NCBI GenBank assembly: GCA_963715525.1 | Contig: OY970248.1 | Span: 1,272,320-1,336,319 of the forward strand | Reading direction: 5' to 3' | DNA length: 64,000 nt | Source of the DNA: Haloferacaceae archaeon | GTDB taxonomy: Archaea > Halobacteriota > Halobacteria > Halobacteriales > Haloferacaceae | Shown: positions 9,132 through 18,814 of the stretch, piece after piece | How the letters are laid out: the number at the start of each line of letters is the position of its first letter | How positions within the stretch are numbered: the first letter of the stretch is position 1 | Notes under the pieces: generated by a model | The model's database searches: none | Seen by the model: only the letters and a program-made list of their open reading frames with translations | What the model was told of the DNA's origin: nothing | Made by a program: the position numbers and the translations under genes

Positions 9132-10166
9132 ATGCGCGTCGCCGTCCTCTCGGACGATCTCGAACTCGGTATCGAAGAGCGATCGAAACCCCGGCCCGGC
9201 CCCGACGAAGTGCTCGTCCGGATCGGCTCGGTCGGCATCTGCGGGTCGGACGTCCACTACTACGAACACGGTCGAATCGGCGACTACGTCGTCGACTCGC
9301 CGCTCGTCCTCGGTCACGAGAGCGCGGGTGAGGTCGTCGAAGTCGGCGATGGGGTCACCGATCACGCCGTCGGCGACCGGGTGACGCTCGAACCGGGCGT
9401 CCCCTGCCGACGCTGCGAACACTGCTCTCGGGGCGAGTACAACCTCTGTCCCGACGTCACCTTCATGGCGACGCCGCCGGACGACGGCGCGTTCGCCGAG
9501 TACGTCGCCTGGCCCGCCGACTTCGTCTACACGCTCCCCGACTCCGTCTCGTTGCAGGCGGGCGCGCTGATGGAACCGCTCTCGGTCGGCGTCCACGTCG
9601 TCCGTCGCGCAGACATCGATGTCGGTGACTCCGTTCTCGTCACCGGCGGCGGTCCCATCGGACTGCTCGCGGTGCAGGCCGCCCGCGCGGCTGGTGCGAC
9701 TGACATTTTCCTCTCCGATGTCGTCCCCGAAAAGTTGGCTCGCGCCGCCGACTACGGCGCGGACGTGACGATCGACGTCTCCGAGGAGGATCTCGGTCAG
9801 GCGGTCGAAGCGCACACCGACGGTCGTGGCGTCGACGCCGTGATCGAGGCGTCTGGCGCACCACCTGCCGTCCGGGGTGCCTTCGACGCCGTCCGTCGGG
9901 GCGGCACGATCGTCCTCGTCGGGTTGAGTGCGGCCGACGAGATTCCCGTCGACACCAACTATCTCGTCGATAACGAACTCGACGTGCTCGGGTCGTTCCG
10001 GTACCGGAACACGTATCCCGCCGCCGTTCGCCTCGTCGCCGACGGCGCGATCGACGTGACCGCCATCATCAATTTCGAGTCTGAATTGGACGATGTCGAC
10101 GACGCCTTCCGGCGCGCTCAGGAACCCGAGACCGTAAAGGGGATGATCCGCGTCGACGGCGAGTGA
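9132..10166 (+). CDS. zinc-dependent alcohol dehydrogenase family (sorbitol/L-threonine dehydrogenase-like)
   Basis: GHESAGEVVEVG catalytic Zn motif. Structural Zn cysteines CRRCEHCSRGEYNLC. Rossmann motif VTGGGPIG. Confidence 0.85.
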   Translation: MRVAVLSDDLELGIEERSKPRPGPDEVLVRIGSVGICGSDVHYYEHGRIGDYVVDSPLVLGHESAGEVVEVGDGVTDHAVGDRVTLEPGVPCRRCEHCSRGEYNLCPDVTFMATPPDDGAFAEYVAWPADFVYTLPDSVSLQAGALMEPLSVGVHVVRRADIDVGDSVLVTGGGPIGLLAVQAARAAGATDIFLSDVVPEKLARAADYGADVTIDVSEEDLGQAVEAHTDGRGVDAVIEASGAPPAVRGAFDAVRRGGTIVLVGLSAADEIPVDTNYLVDNELDVLGSFRYRNTYPAAVRLVADGAIDVTAIINFESELDDVDDAFRRAQEPETVKGMIRVDGE

Positions 10167-10265
10167 GCAGTCGGTAGCGCAACGACCGAATCGCACGACG
10201 GAACCGACTCGGACTGCCCATCGGCCACCAGACTAAATCGTGTGACCTTCGAAGGCCAACTCCCT

Positions 10266-10574
10266 ATGACGAGAGACGCATCCGTCGCTGACGACGCGTC
10301 GATCAATCCCGGAGAAGTCGTCTACAACGACGGCGGCGACTCCCTCGGCGTCGTTAGCGGATTCTCCGACGACGGGTTCGAGGTGTCGATCACCGACGAC
10401 CCCGACGAGATCGACGAGCAGGAACAGCAACCGGGCAAGGAGTTCGGCGAAGGATACCTCGTGTGGCGCTGCGACGAGTGCGGTGAGGTGGGTGAGCTCG
10501 AAGGCGGGTTCCCCGGCGAGTGTCCGGGTTGTGGCGCTCCGGAGAGTGCACTCGTCCGCCAGCAGGAGGACTAA
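10266..10574 (+). CDS. small acidic protein with C-terminal zinc ribbon
   Basis: CDECGE....CPGCG (CxxC-x13-CxxC) at the C-terminus. Start chosen at the internal Met; ORF opens at 10242. Confidence 0.5.
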   Translation: MTRDASVADDASINPGEVVYNDGGDSLGVVSGFSDDGFEVSITDDPDEIDEQEQQPGKEFGEGYLVWRCDECGEVGELEGGFPGECPGCGAPESALVRQQED

Positions 10575-10577
10575 CAC

Positions 10578-11387
10578 GTGTCCGATCAACCCGCAGTCCG
10601 CGCCGCCGAACCGGGCGACGACGACCGAATTCGGGAACTCGTCGAGAGTTCGATGACGACCTCGTACGCGCTGAGTCCGGAGGAAATTCGGACCGTTCTC
10701 GAAGCCGAGTTCGGCGAGGAGGCCGGAGCGGAGCGACGCGAGGATGACGACACCGTCGCGCTCGTCGCCGAGGTCGACGACGTGCTCTCGGGATTCGTCG
10801 GCGGGTCCGTCGACGACGGCGAGGGAACGGTCCACTGGCTGCACGTCGACCCCGAACGACGCGGGCGAGGGATCGGAACGACATTGTTCGAACAGGCGAC
10901 ATCGACGCTTCGCGACCGGGGAGCAGACGACGTGCGATTGACTTCGATCGAAGCGAACATGGAAGGCGAGGCGTTCGTCGAGCAACTCGATCTGGTGCAG
11001 GTCGAAGAGCGGGAACTCGACATCGGCGGTCAACAGATCGTCGAGTACGTCTACGAGCAGTCAGGCGACGCGGAGATATCCGAAGCCTCTGCGTCGAACT
11101 CTTCTAGCGGGGACGCCGAGTCGACGCTTTCGAAAGCGGACGTCGACTTCCCCGACTCCGTCACGGTCGACGGGGAGGAGGTGTACGTCGGCGACGAACC
11201 CATCTCGGGCACCCAGGGGCCGTTCGCACAGACGTACGCCGATGCCGACCGCACCGAGGAACACGGCTACTACTGTGGCAACTGCGAGTCGACCGACGTG
11301 TCGATAGACAGTATGGACCGCCTCAAGTGTGCCGAGTGTGGGAACACGCGAAAGCCCGACGGCGACTACGACGGATCGTATCTGTAG
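10578..11387 (+). CDS. GNAT family N-acetyltransferase fused to C-terminal zinc ribbon
   Basis: RRGRGIGTTLF acetyl-CoA binding motif. C-terminal CGNCES....CAECGN. Apparent GTG start 3 nt after the stop of the preceding gene. Confidence 0.75.
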   Translation: MSDQPAVRAAEPGDDDRIRELVESSMTTSYALSPEEIRTVLEAEFGEEAGAERREDDDTVALVAEVDDVLSGFVGGSVDDGEGTVHWLHVDPERRGRGIGTTLFEQATSTLRDRGADDVRLTSIEANMEGEAFVEQLDLVQVEERELDIGGQQIVEYVYEQSGDAEISEASASNSSSGDAESTLSKADVDFPDSVTVDGEEVYVGDEPISGTQGPFAQTYADADRTEEHGYYCGNCESTDVSIDSMDRLKCAECGNTRKPDGDYDGSYL

Positions 11388-11514
11388 TCCGATCAATCGG
11401 TCGGTCGGATCTCTAGCGGGATCGACCGATCGAACGCGATACCCCCGAAACACCGATTCTCGGCCTTCGGAGATCGGCTCACCGCTTTATCTCCGTAGAC
11501 GCCCTACTGTGTGT

Positions 11515-12015
11515 ATGAGTACTCGAAACCCCTCCCCGAGAGACTTCTGGGTGAACGCGCTCATCGGTGCGGTCGTCACGGTCGTGCTGTCCGTCCTCCC
11601 CTTCTCGCCGCTCCTCGGTGGTGGCGTCGCGGGCTACCTCCAGAAGGGTGACGACCGGACGGGTGTCCGCGTCGGCGCACTTTCGGGCGCGTTCGCTGCG
11701 ATTCCGGTCGTCGCCCTCCTCGTCTTGCTGCTGGGCGGGTTGGCGGTCGTCAGTATCGCGAGCAGCAGCGTCCGGAGCGGAATCCTGTTCTGGTTCCTGT
11801 TCCTGACGATCACGTTCATCACCCTCCTCTACACCGTCGGACTGAGCGCCGTCGGCGGCTTCGTCGGTGCCGCTCTCGCCCGCGAGAACGCACGCTCCGG
11901 AGAATCCGCCGGAAAACCGGGTGAGACGTCCACGTACAGTCCCGCACCGGCGAACCCGAACGAACTGACGCCGGGCGATTTCCCCTCCGACGGCGCTGAC
12001 GAACCGAGGAACTGA
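11515..12015 (+). CDS. hypothetical polytopic membrane protein (conserved haloarchaeal DUF-type)
   Basis: Three to four hydrophobic helices, high GC3, acidic C-terminal tail. Opposite-strand ORF 11479..12066 is Arg-rich and was rejected. Confidence 0.6.
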   Translation: MSTRNPSPRDFWVNALIGAVVTVVLSVLPFSPLLGGGVAGYLQKGDDRTGVRVGALSGAFAAIPVVALLVLLLGGLAVVSIASSSVRSGILFWFLFLTITFITLLYTVGLSAVGGFVGAALARENARSGESAGKPGETSTYSPAPANPNELTPGDFPSDGADEPRN

Positions 12016-12099
12016 CCTCAGGGTTTGACCTCGAAGTATCGCCTCGGAATTCGGCCTCATTTTCACACGACCGAGTCCGCTCTCTCCCCGACAACAAGG

Positions 12100-12105
12100 T
12101 TTAAC
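12100..12105 (+). promoter_or_regulatory. candidate TATA box for the leaderless thi4 transcript
   Basis: tttaac sits 25-30 bp upstream of the thi4 ATG, in an AT-rich patch within an otherwise GC-rich region. Confidence 0.3.
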
Positions 12106-12129
12106 TACCCAGTAATATCACTAGGTAAT

Positions 12130-13059
12130 ATGTCGTTCGACGGATTCACGGACGCAAGTGAAGCACAAGTCACGAACGCGATTGCCCGCTCGTGGAGCGA
12201 GGAGTTCCTCGACTACACGGATACGGACGTCATCATCGTCGGTGGCGGGCCGTCGGGGTTGATGGCGGCGACCGAACTCGCCGAACGCGACGTCGACGTG
12301 ATGGTCGTCGAGAAGAACAACTACCTCGGCGGCGGGTTCTGGCTGGGCGGATTCCTGATGAACAAACTCACCGTCCGATCGCCCGCCGACGCCGTCTTAG
12401 ACGACCTCGACGTGCCCCACGAGGAAGCCGAGGAGGCCGAGGGTCTCCACCTCACGGACGGACCACACGCCTGCTCGGCGCTCATCCGCGCGGCCTGCGA
12501 CGCGGGCGTCAAGATCCAGAACATGACCGAGTTCACCGACGTGGTCGTCCGCGAGGACCACCGCGTCGCGGGCGTCGTGATGAACTGGACGCCCGTCCAC
12601 GCGCTGCCGCGCGAACTCACCTGCGTCGACCCCGTCGCCGTCGAGTCGGATCTCGTCATCGACGCGACCGGCCACGACGCCGTCGTCGTCTCGAAACTCC
12701 ACGAACGGGGCGTCGTCGACGCACCCGGCGTCGCTCACGCCGCGGAACACGACGGTTCGATGGACAAGACGCCCGACGACCAGTTCGGCGCGCCCGGCCA
12801 CGACTCGCCGGGTCACGACTCCATGTGGATCGCCGACAGCGAGGACCGCGTCGTCGAAGAGACCGGCCTCGTCCACGACGGCCTCATCGCCGCGGGACTC
12901 GCCACGGCGACGACGCACGGCCTGACCCGCATGGGACCGACGTTCGGCGCGATGCTCCTCTCGGGCAAGCGCGCCGCGCAGGTCGCGCTGGACGAATTGG
13001 GCGTTTCCGCGCCTGCGGTCGAGTTGCCGGGTGGTCGAGTTGCCCCCGCGGACGACTGA
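12130..13059 (+). CDS. thi4: thiazole synthase Thi4 (sulfide-dependent ADP-thiazole synthase, archaeal type)
   Basis: FAD/NAD-binding [11 protein letters not shown] followed by NNYLGGG ... conserved Thi4 core. Confidence 0.85.
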   Translation: MSFDGFTDASEAQVTNAIARSWSEEFLDYTDTDVIIVGGGPSGLMAATELAERDVDVMVVEKNNYLGGGFWLGGFLMNKLTVRSPADAVLDDLDVPHEEAEEAEGLHLTDGPHACSALIRAACDAGVKIQNMTEFTDVVVREDHRVAGVVMNWTPVHALPRELTCVDPVAVESDLVIDATGHDAVVVSKLHERGVVDAPGVAHAAEHDGSMDKTPDDQFGAPGHDSPGHDSMWIADSEDRVVEETGLVHDGLIAAGLATATTHGLTRMGPTFGAMLLSGKRAAQVALDELGVSAPAVELPGGRVAPADD

Positions 13060-13074
13060 GCGACGATGCAGAGT

Positions 13075-13092
13075 GCGCGGGTTTAGCCGCGC
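13075..13092 (+). terminator. hairpin (gcgcgg-gtttag-ccgcgc) 16 nt downstream of the thi4 stop
   Basis: Perfect 6-bp stem with a 6-nt loop directly after the thi4 stop. There is no following U-tract, so this is weak. Confidence 0.3.
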
Positions 13093-13370
13093 ACGATACA
13101 CTGCCGCGGAGGTGTGACGACTACAGCGACCGCAACTGCAACCATCTCGAAAGCCCCCGGACTCTCGACTCGTTCGGCTCGCTGTGCGCTCACTCCCTTC
13201 GGTCGCTCACGTGCTCACTTCCCCGTGCTTCGTCCTGACTGCGGGGGCTTTCGAGGTCGCCAAAGTTGCTGCTTCCGTCGTTCCGACTCTCACTGCTGTC
13301 CGCTTCCTCTACTCGAGACACTATCACGACAGGCTCGACAAAATCTCGAGGAGAGCAGAAAACCCGTGAC

Positions 13371-14432
13371 TCACTCTCCGTCGAACAACGAATCGACGTC
13401 GGCGTGGTCGCGCAGCAGGTCCTGCATCGCTCCGACGGTCCGCTCGTCGCGAGTCCGTCCGCTTCGGACGACGTCTTCGGCGCGTTCGACGACGGTGAGC
13501 GTGTCGGCGTTGACGAGCAGAACGGGGATTCCCTTCTCCTCGGCCCGTCCGAGCACCGCTCCCGGCGGGCGGTGACCGCCGGTGAGGATCAAACACTTCA
13601 CGCCGGGGGCTTCGAGCGCCGCGGTGTGGATCTCCGAGCGGTCGCCGCCGGTGATGACCGCGGCGTCGCGCGTGCGTCGGAAGTAGCGCAGCGCGGCGTC
13701 GCCGCCCATCGCGCCGACGAGGAAGCGTTCGACGATGTCGTCGGTGTCCGCGTCGGTGGCGAGGGTGCCGCCGAGTTCGTCCGCGAGTTCGGCGACCGTG
13801 ACACCCGCGAGTTCCTGTTCGCGCGGGACGATCCCGACCGTCTCGACGCCGCGACTGTCGAGGAACGGCGACACGTCGGCCTCCAGTTGATCGTAGGCGT
13901 CGTCGGTGACGCGGTTGAAGAGCACGCCCGCGAGGTTACTGTCGAGGTCGCTCGTCGCCGCCAGCACGTCGTCGATGTTCGTCGGGTCGGTGTAGTCGGT
14001 GACGAGCAACACCTCGGCGTCGAGCAGATCCGCGAGTTCCGGGTCCGAGAGGCCGACGATGCCGCCGGTGGTGTACCGACCCGCGCCCTCGACGAGCATC
14101 ACGTCGACGCCCTCGGACAGTTGCCCGAAGTTCTCTTGGACGACCTCCGCGAGTTCGTCGGGGTCTTCTTTCCCCTGAATCGCACCCTCGACGAACGTCC
14201 TCGAGTAGACGATGGGTTCCATCTGGTGCATCTCGGCGTCGAGACCGAGGAGTTCGCGCGCGAGCATCGGGTCCTGATCGAGCGTCTTTCCGACGTTGCT
14301 CTGGAGTCGCGTCCCTTTCGGTTTCATGTAGCCGACGGTGAGGTCGCGCTCCTGTGCGAGCAAGCCGAGCGCGAGCGTGACGGCCGTCTTTCCGGTGCTT
14401 TCCTCCGTCGATGTGACGAGTATCGTGTTCAT
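13371..14432 (-). CDS. DRTGG-domain / phosphotransacetylase N-terminal-like protein (CobQ-like P-loop fold)
   Basis: Begins ILVTSTEESTGKTAVTLALGL (P-loop-like); C-terminal half matches the DRTGG domain. Its start overlaps the ACD stop by 4 nt. Confidence 0.75.
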   Translation of the reverse strand: MNTILVTSTEESTGKTAVTLALGLLAQERDLTVGYMKPKGTRLQSNVGKTLDQDPMLARELLGLDAEMHQMEPIVYSRTFVEGAIQGKEDPDELAEVVQENFGQLSEGVDVMLVEGAGRYTTGGIVGLSDPELADLLDAEVLLVTDYTDPTNIDDVLAATSDLDSNLAGVLFNRVTDDAYDQLEADVSPFLDSRGVETVGIVPREQELAGVTVAELADELGGTLATDADTDDIVERFLVGAMGGDAALRYFRRTRDAAVITGGDRSEIHTAALEAPGVKCLILTGGHRPPGAVLGRAEEKGIPVLLVNADTLTVVERAEDVVRSGRTRDERTVGAMQDLLRDHADVDSLFDGE

Positions 14433-16585
14433 TGTGGATCTGTGACTTTCTCCTCTAGTTTGCTCGGGTCGACGGTGAGTCTGATGTCGACGGCCTGTAC
14501 GCCGGGGGTCTCGTCTTCGTCTGCGTCCGCGTCGTCATCTGCATCGGGTAGCGCGACCAGCGGGTTGATGTCGAGTTCGAGGATGGCCGGGAAGTCCGTG
14601 ACCAGTTGCGAGAGTCGCTGGATCGTCTCGACGATGCCGTCGACATCGACGGCGTCGCGACCGCGCGCACCTCGCAACAGCGGCGCGGACTTCACCTCGT
14701 GGGTCATCTGGCGGGCCTCGTTCTCGGCGACCGGCGCGACGCGGAACGTCGTGTCCTCCATGATCTCGACGAAGATCCCGCCGAGACCGAACAGCAGGAG
14801 GGGACCGAACTGCGGGTCGCGGTTGACGCCGACGATGGTCTCGACGCCGGAGTCGAGGTCGACCATCGCCTGCACCTGCACACCGAGGATGGTCGCGTCG
14901 GGTTGGTAGTTGCGTGCCCGCGTGACGAGGTCCTCGTAGGTGTCGTAGACGTCTTCGTTGCCGACGCCGACCGCGACGCCGCCGATGTCGGACTTGTGAA
15001 GGATGTCCGGGCTGACGATCTTCATGACGACGTCGCCGTCGATCTCCTGTGCGACGGCCGTCGCGTCCGCCGGCGAGTCGACGATCTCTCCCGGCGGCGT
15101 CGGGATACCGTAAGCGTCCAGTAGCTCCATCGCCTCGACGCCGAGGCGGTTGTCGTCGCGGTCGCGGACCGTCGAGAGGATCTCGTAAGCACGTTCCCGG
15201 TCGACGTCGAACGCCTCCGGCTCCTCGTAGGTCCGTTCGGTGATGGCCTTGTGCCGCACGAGCGCGTCCAGACTGTGGACGGCCCGTGCGGGGTCGAAGT
15301 AGTTGGGAATCCCGGCGTCGTTGAGCACGTCGCTCGCCGGTCGGACCCGCTCGCCGCCCATGAAACAGGCCGCGACGGGTTTGCCGTACTTCTCGCGGAG
15401 TTCGACGGTCGTCCGGGCGAGGTCGCCGTAGTCGAGGACGGCAGTCGGACAGGAGAGGACGAGCGCCATCCCGACGTCGTCGTCGGCGAGCGCGGCGTCG
15501 AGTGCGGTCTCGAATCGGTCGTTGTCGGCGTCACCGACCACGTCGATCGGGTTGTAGACGTTCCCTTCGGCGGGCAAGTTCTCTTGGAGCGTATCGAGCG
15601 TCTCGTCGGAAAACGACGCCATCGAGAGCCGAGAGTCGCCGACGGCGTCGGTCGCCATCACGCCCGGTCCACCGGCGTTGGTGACGACGGCCACGCGGTC
15701 GGTGTCGGGGTGAGGCTGGCCGCCGAGCATCTGTGCGGCGTCGAATAGCTCTTGGACGGACTCGGCCCGCAGGACGCCCGCCTGATCGAGTCCGGCCTCG
15801 TAGGCTTCCTCGCTCCCGGCGATGGTGCCGGTGTGCGACGAGGCGGCCTGCGCTCCGGCGTCAGTTCGGCCGGACTTGACGAGGACGATCGGCGTCTCGC
15901 GGGTCACTTCGCGGGCGGTGTCGATGAACTCGCGGCCCTCGGAGACGCCTTCGAGGTAACCGATGATGACGTCCGTCTCGGGGTCGTCGTCCCACGCCTT
16001 CACGAAGTCGGACTCGTCGAGAACGGCCTTGTTGCCGAGCGAGACCACGTCTTTGAAGCCGATCCCCTGATCGTTCGCCCAGTCGAGGACGGCCGTGATG
16101 AACGCCCCCGATTGGGACATGAACGACATCGAGCCCGGGAGCGCGTTCTCCGGGCCGAACGTCGCGTTCATCCCGTTGCCCGTGCTCATGATCCCGAGGC
16201 TGTTCGGGCCGACGAGATTGACGCCGTAGTCTTCGGCCACCTGTCTGAGTTCGCGCTCGCGGGCGGCCCCTTCGCCGCCGGTCTCGCCGAATCCGGCGGT
16301 GATGACGACGACGTTCCGGACGCCCGCCTCACCGGCTTGGCGAACGACCTCGACGGTGATCTTCGGCGGGACGACGATCACCGCGAGGTCGGCGTCGGCA
16401 TCGGCGACGTCGCCGACGGCCGGAATCCCGAGTACCTCGTCGTAGTTCGGGTTCACCGGGATCACCTTGCCGTCGAAGTCGGTTACGAGGTTATCCATGA
16501 TGGCGCGGCCGACTGACCCCTCGCGTTCCGTCGCGCCGACCACCGCGATGCGGTCGGGCGCGAACAACTCGGATAGCGTTCCCAT
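14429..16585 (-). CDS. acd: acetate--CoA ligase (ADP-forming), fused alpha/beta subunits
   Basis: CoA-binding N-domain IAVVGATEREGSVG. Succinyl-CoA synthetase-like domains. C-terminal ATP-grasp part. Confidence 0.85.
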   Translation of the reverse strand: MGTLSELFAPDRIAVVGATEREGSVGRAIMDNLVTDFDGKVIPVNPNYDEVLGIPAVGDVADADADLAVIVVPPKITVEVVRQAGEAGVRNVVVITAGFGETGGEGAARERELRQVAEDYGVNLVGPNSLGIMSTGNGMNATFGPENALPGSMSFMSQSGAFITAVLDWANDQGIGFKDVVSLGNKAVLDESDFVKAWDDDPETDVIIGYLEGVSEGREFIDTAREVTRETPIVLVKSGRTDAGAQAASSHTGTIAGSEEAYEAGLDQAGVLRAESVQELFDAAQMLGGQPHPDTDRVAVVTNAGGPGVMATDAVGDSRLSMASFSDETLDTLQENLPAEGNVYNPIDVVGDADNDRFETALDAALADDDVGMALVLSCPTAVLDYGDLARTTVELREKYGKPVAACFMGGERVRPASDVLNDAGIPNYFDPARAVHSLDALVRHKAITERTYEEPEAFDVDRERAYEILSTVRDRDDNRLGVEAMELLDAYGIPTPPGEIVDSPADATAVAQEIDGDVVMKIVSPDILHKSDIGGVAVGVGNEDVYDTYEDLVTRARNYQPDATILGVQVQAMVDLDSGVETIVGVNRDPQFGPLLLFGLGGIFVEIMEDTTFRVAPVAENEARQMTHEVKSAPLLRGARGRDAVDVDGIVETIQRLSQLVTDFPAILELDINPLVALPDADDDADADEDETPGVQAVDIRLTVDPSKLEEKVTDPQ

Positions 16586-16704
16586 CAGTCAACCGTTCGT
16601 CCGATCCGGTGATAAAGTTGGGCGGAGGTTCTCACCGCTCCGTGATCGTAAATCGTATACACCGGCCTGCGGATCACCGTCTACACGAGGTCGTCGTTCG
16701 CCGT

Positions 16705-16989
16705 CTACACGAGGTCGTCGGGAACATGCTTCGCTTCCATCCGCTGAGCCTCCGCCGCGTAGGTCTCGCGCTGTTCAGGGTCGTCGACCCGTCCGAGGTT
16801 GCCGGGGTCCGCGTCGACGGCGGCGGTCGTGTCTCGAACGTCCGAGAAACTGGTGAGCGCCCGTTCTTTGCGGAGGTATCGCGAGCCGTCCGGTGTGGCG
16901 TAGACGAGGATGACGATGTTCTGTTCGTCGTCCGAGTACGTCCGTTCGACCAACCAGACCCGGACCGCGTCCTCTTCGGTAGCGGACAT
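16705..16989 (-). CDS. conserved hypothetical acidic protein
   Basis: High-GC3 ORF; start taken at the internal Met (MSATEEDAV...). No domain recognised. Confidence 0.5.
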   Translation of the reverse strand: MSATEEDAVRVWLVERTYSDDEQNIVILVYATPDGSRYLRKERALTSFSDVRDTTAAVDADPGNLGRVDDPEQRETYAAEAQRMEAKHVPDDLV

Positions 16990-17163
16990 GGACTGACCTT
17001 CGCGTCTGATCGTTAAAAGCCCCGTGTCGGTGAGACACACGACATCCGGAATCGACCGCCCCGACCGCTACGGTTTTGACTCGACACCGTTTCGCTCCCG
17101 TATGTTCGTTCGAGAGAGAGTCCCACACCACAGAATCGGCAGCGTCGAATTGGAGACCGCTCG

Positions 17164-17802
17164 ATGACGGTCCTCGTCACCGGCTACGAACCGTTCGGCG
17201 ACTTCGAGTCGAATCCGAGCGAGACGGTCGCGACCGAACTCGACGGTCACACCGTCGCCGACGAGGACGTCGTCGGAGCCGTGGTCCCGGTCGAGTACGA
17301 CCGGACGAGCGACGAAATCGCCGCGCTCGTCGCCGACTACGACCCGTCGGTCGTCGTCTGCACGGGACTCGCGGGCGGCGAGGCGGGTATCCGAATCGAG
17401 CGCGTCGGCATCAACGTCAACGACTGCGTCGGGACGCCCGACAACGCCGGCGACGAACCGCGCGACGAACGCATCGACGACGGCCCGGCCGCGTACTTCG
17501 CGTCGCTCCCGTGTACGCGAATCGTCGAAGGCCTGCTCGACGCGGGCATCCCGGCGCGACTCTCGAACACCGCCGGCACCCACCTCTGCAACAACGCGCT
17601 CTACACGACGCGACACCTCGCCGAGCGTGAGGGCCTCGACCTCCGGAGCGGGTTCGTTCACCTGCCTTTCTCGCCCGAACAGGCCGCTCGTCAGGCGGCC
17701 GAAAACGAGAGCGTCGCCGGGGGTTCCGTTCCGCCGAGTTTGCCGATCACGTTGCAGGTCGACGCCGTCGAACGGGTGATCGAGACGACGCTCTCGGCGT
17801 AA
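17164..17802 (+). CDS. pcp: pyroglutamyl-peptidase I (pyrrolidone-carboxylate peptidase)
   Basis: MTVLVTGYEPFG N-terminus. Catalytic Cys in the NTAGTHLCN motif. Confidence 0.85.
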   Translation: MTVLVTGYEPFGDFESNPSETVATELDGHTVADEDVVGAVVPVEYDRTSDEIAALVADYDPSVVVCTGLAGGEAGIRIERVGINVNDCVGTPDNAGDEPRDERIDDGPAAYFASLPCTRIVEGLLDAGIPARLSNTAGTHLCNNALYTTRHLAEREGLDLRSGFVHLPFSPEQAARQAAENESVAGGSVPPSLPITLQVDAVERVIETTLSA

Positions 17803-17815
17803 CTTCGATTCTGAT

Positions 17816-18292
17816 TCATCCCTCGGTCACGTCGACGACTATCGCCTCCGCCAGCCGGTTTAACTGCTCGGGTGCGATGGCGAACACCGCTTCGGGAGTT
17901 CCGGCCGCCGCCCAGACCGTCTCGTACTCGGTGAGCGTCGGGTCGAGTAACACCGACAACTCCGAGTCGTGACAGAACGGCGGAACGCCGCCGATGCTCC
18001 ACCCCGTCGCCGACTTGACCGTCTCGGCGTCCGCCATGGCCACGCTCTCGGCGTCGAAGTGATCTGCCAGTCGGTCCTCGTCGACCCGGTTTGCACCGCT
18101 CGTCACAGCGACGACCGGCCCGATACCGTCGACGACGAAGACGAGGCTGCTGGCGATCTGTGCGACCTCGCAGCCGACCGCTGCCGCCGCGTCCTCGGCG
18201 GTCTTCGTCCCCTCGGGGAACTCTTCGACGGCGACGTCGACGGTGTAGCGCTTGCGGACCTGTTCTACGAACTCGGCGGCACGAGAGTGCAT
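17816..18292 (-). CDS. YbaK/EbsC-type aminoacyl-tRNA deacylase (Cys-tRNA(Pro) editing domain)
   Basis: SIGGVPPF motif and overall YbaK fold signature. Start at internal Met MHSRAAEF. Confidence 0.75.
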   Translation of the reverse strand: MHSRAAEFVEQVRKRYTVDVAVEEFPEGTKTAEDAAAAVGCEVAQIASSLVFVVDGIGPVVAVTSGANRVDEDRLADHFDAESVAMADAETVKSATGWSIGGVPPFCHDSELSVLLDPTLTEYETVWAAAGTPEAVFAIAPEQLNRLAEAIVVDVTEG

Positions 18293-18341
18293 GCGCGTCA
18301 CGTCGACCCACGGGAACTTAGCGACGTGGTTCGAGGCGACG

Positions 18342-18584
18342 CTATAGAAACAGCGCGATGACCGCGAGGACGATGAACAAGAGGACGAAGATCCGTGCGA
18401 TCTCCATCGACAGTCCGGCGACACCGCGGAGTCCGAACACGGCCGCGACGACGGCGAGCAGTGCGAACACGACCGCGTACCCGAGAAAGCCGCCGCTCGA
18501 GGGGAGCGAGACGAGCGGGGTGAGTGCGGCTCCCGTCGGAGGCGGTACGGCGATCGCTCGCTCGATCATCGACCACCGCCACAT
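18342..18584 (-). CDS. small membrane protein, DUF1328/UPF0391-like
   Basis: C-terminal AVVFALLAVVAAVFGLRGVAG...LLFIVLAVIALFL resembles DUF1328 family members. The N-terminal extension is uncertain. Confidence 0.45.
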   Translation of the reverse strand: MWRWSMIERAIAVPPPTGAALTPLVSLPSSGGFLGYAVVFALLAVVAAVFGLRGVAGLSMEIARIFVLLFIVLAVIALFL

Positions 18585-18814
18585 TCGTTTCGGAACCGAA
18601 CAAGACTCATCGATGATAACTTCGTAGAAGACTCCCTTAGTTGTGTACCACCTAAGTCGCGAGTCTCTGTCCGACCGATACGCGCCGTCGACTTCGTACT
18701 CGCCCGACAGAGCGTCTCCGGATGCGGATTCGAGACCCGTGACAGCGTTCGAGGAACAGTCGGACGGCTCTGAGAGCCGGTGATGATCTTTTACAGGTTC
18801 GTGACCACTATACG

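Noticed and set aside
13266-14909. 547-aa plus-strand ORF across the DRTGG/ACD region
   Set aside because: It is antisense to two genes with strong, specific motifs (ACD CoA-binding, DRTGG) and has no recognisable domain of its own.
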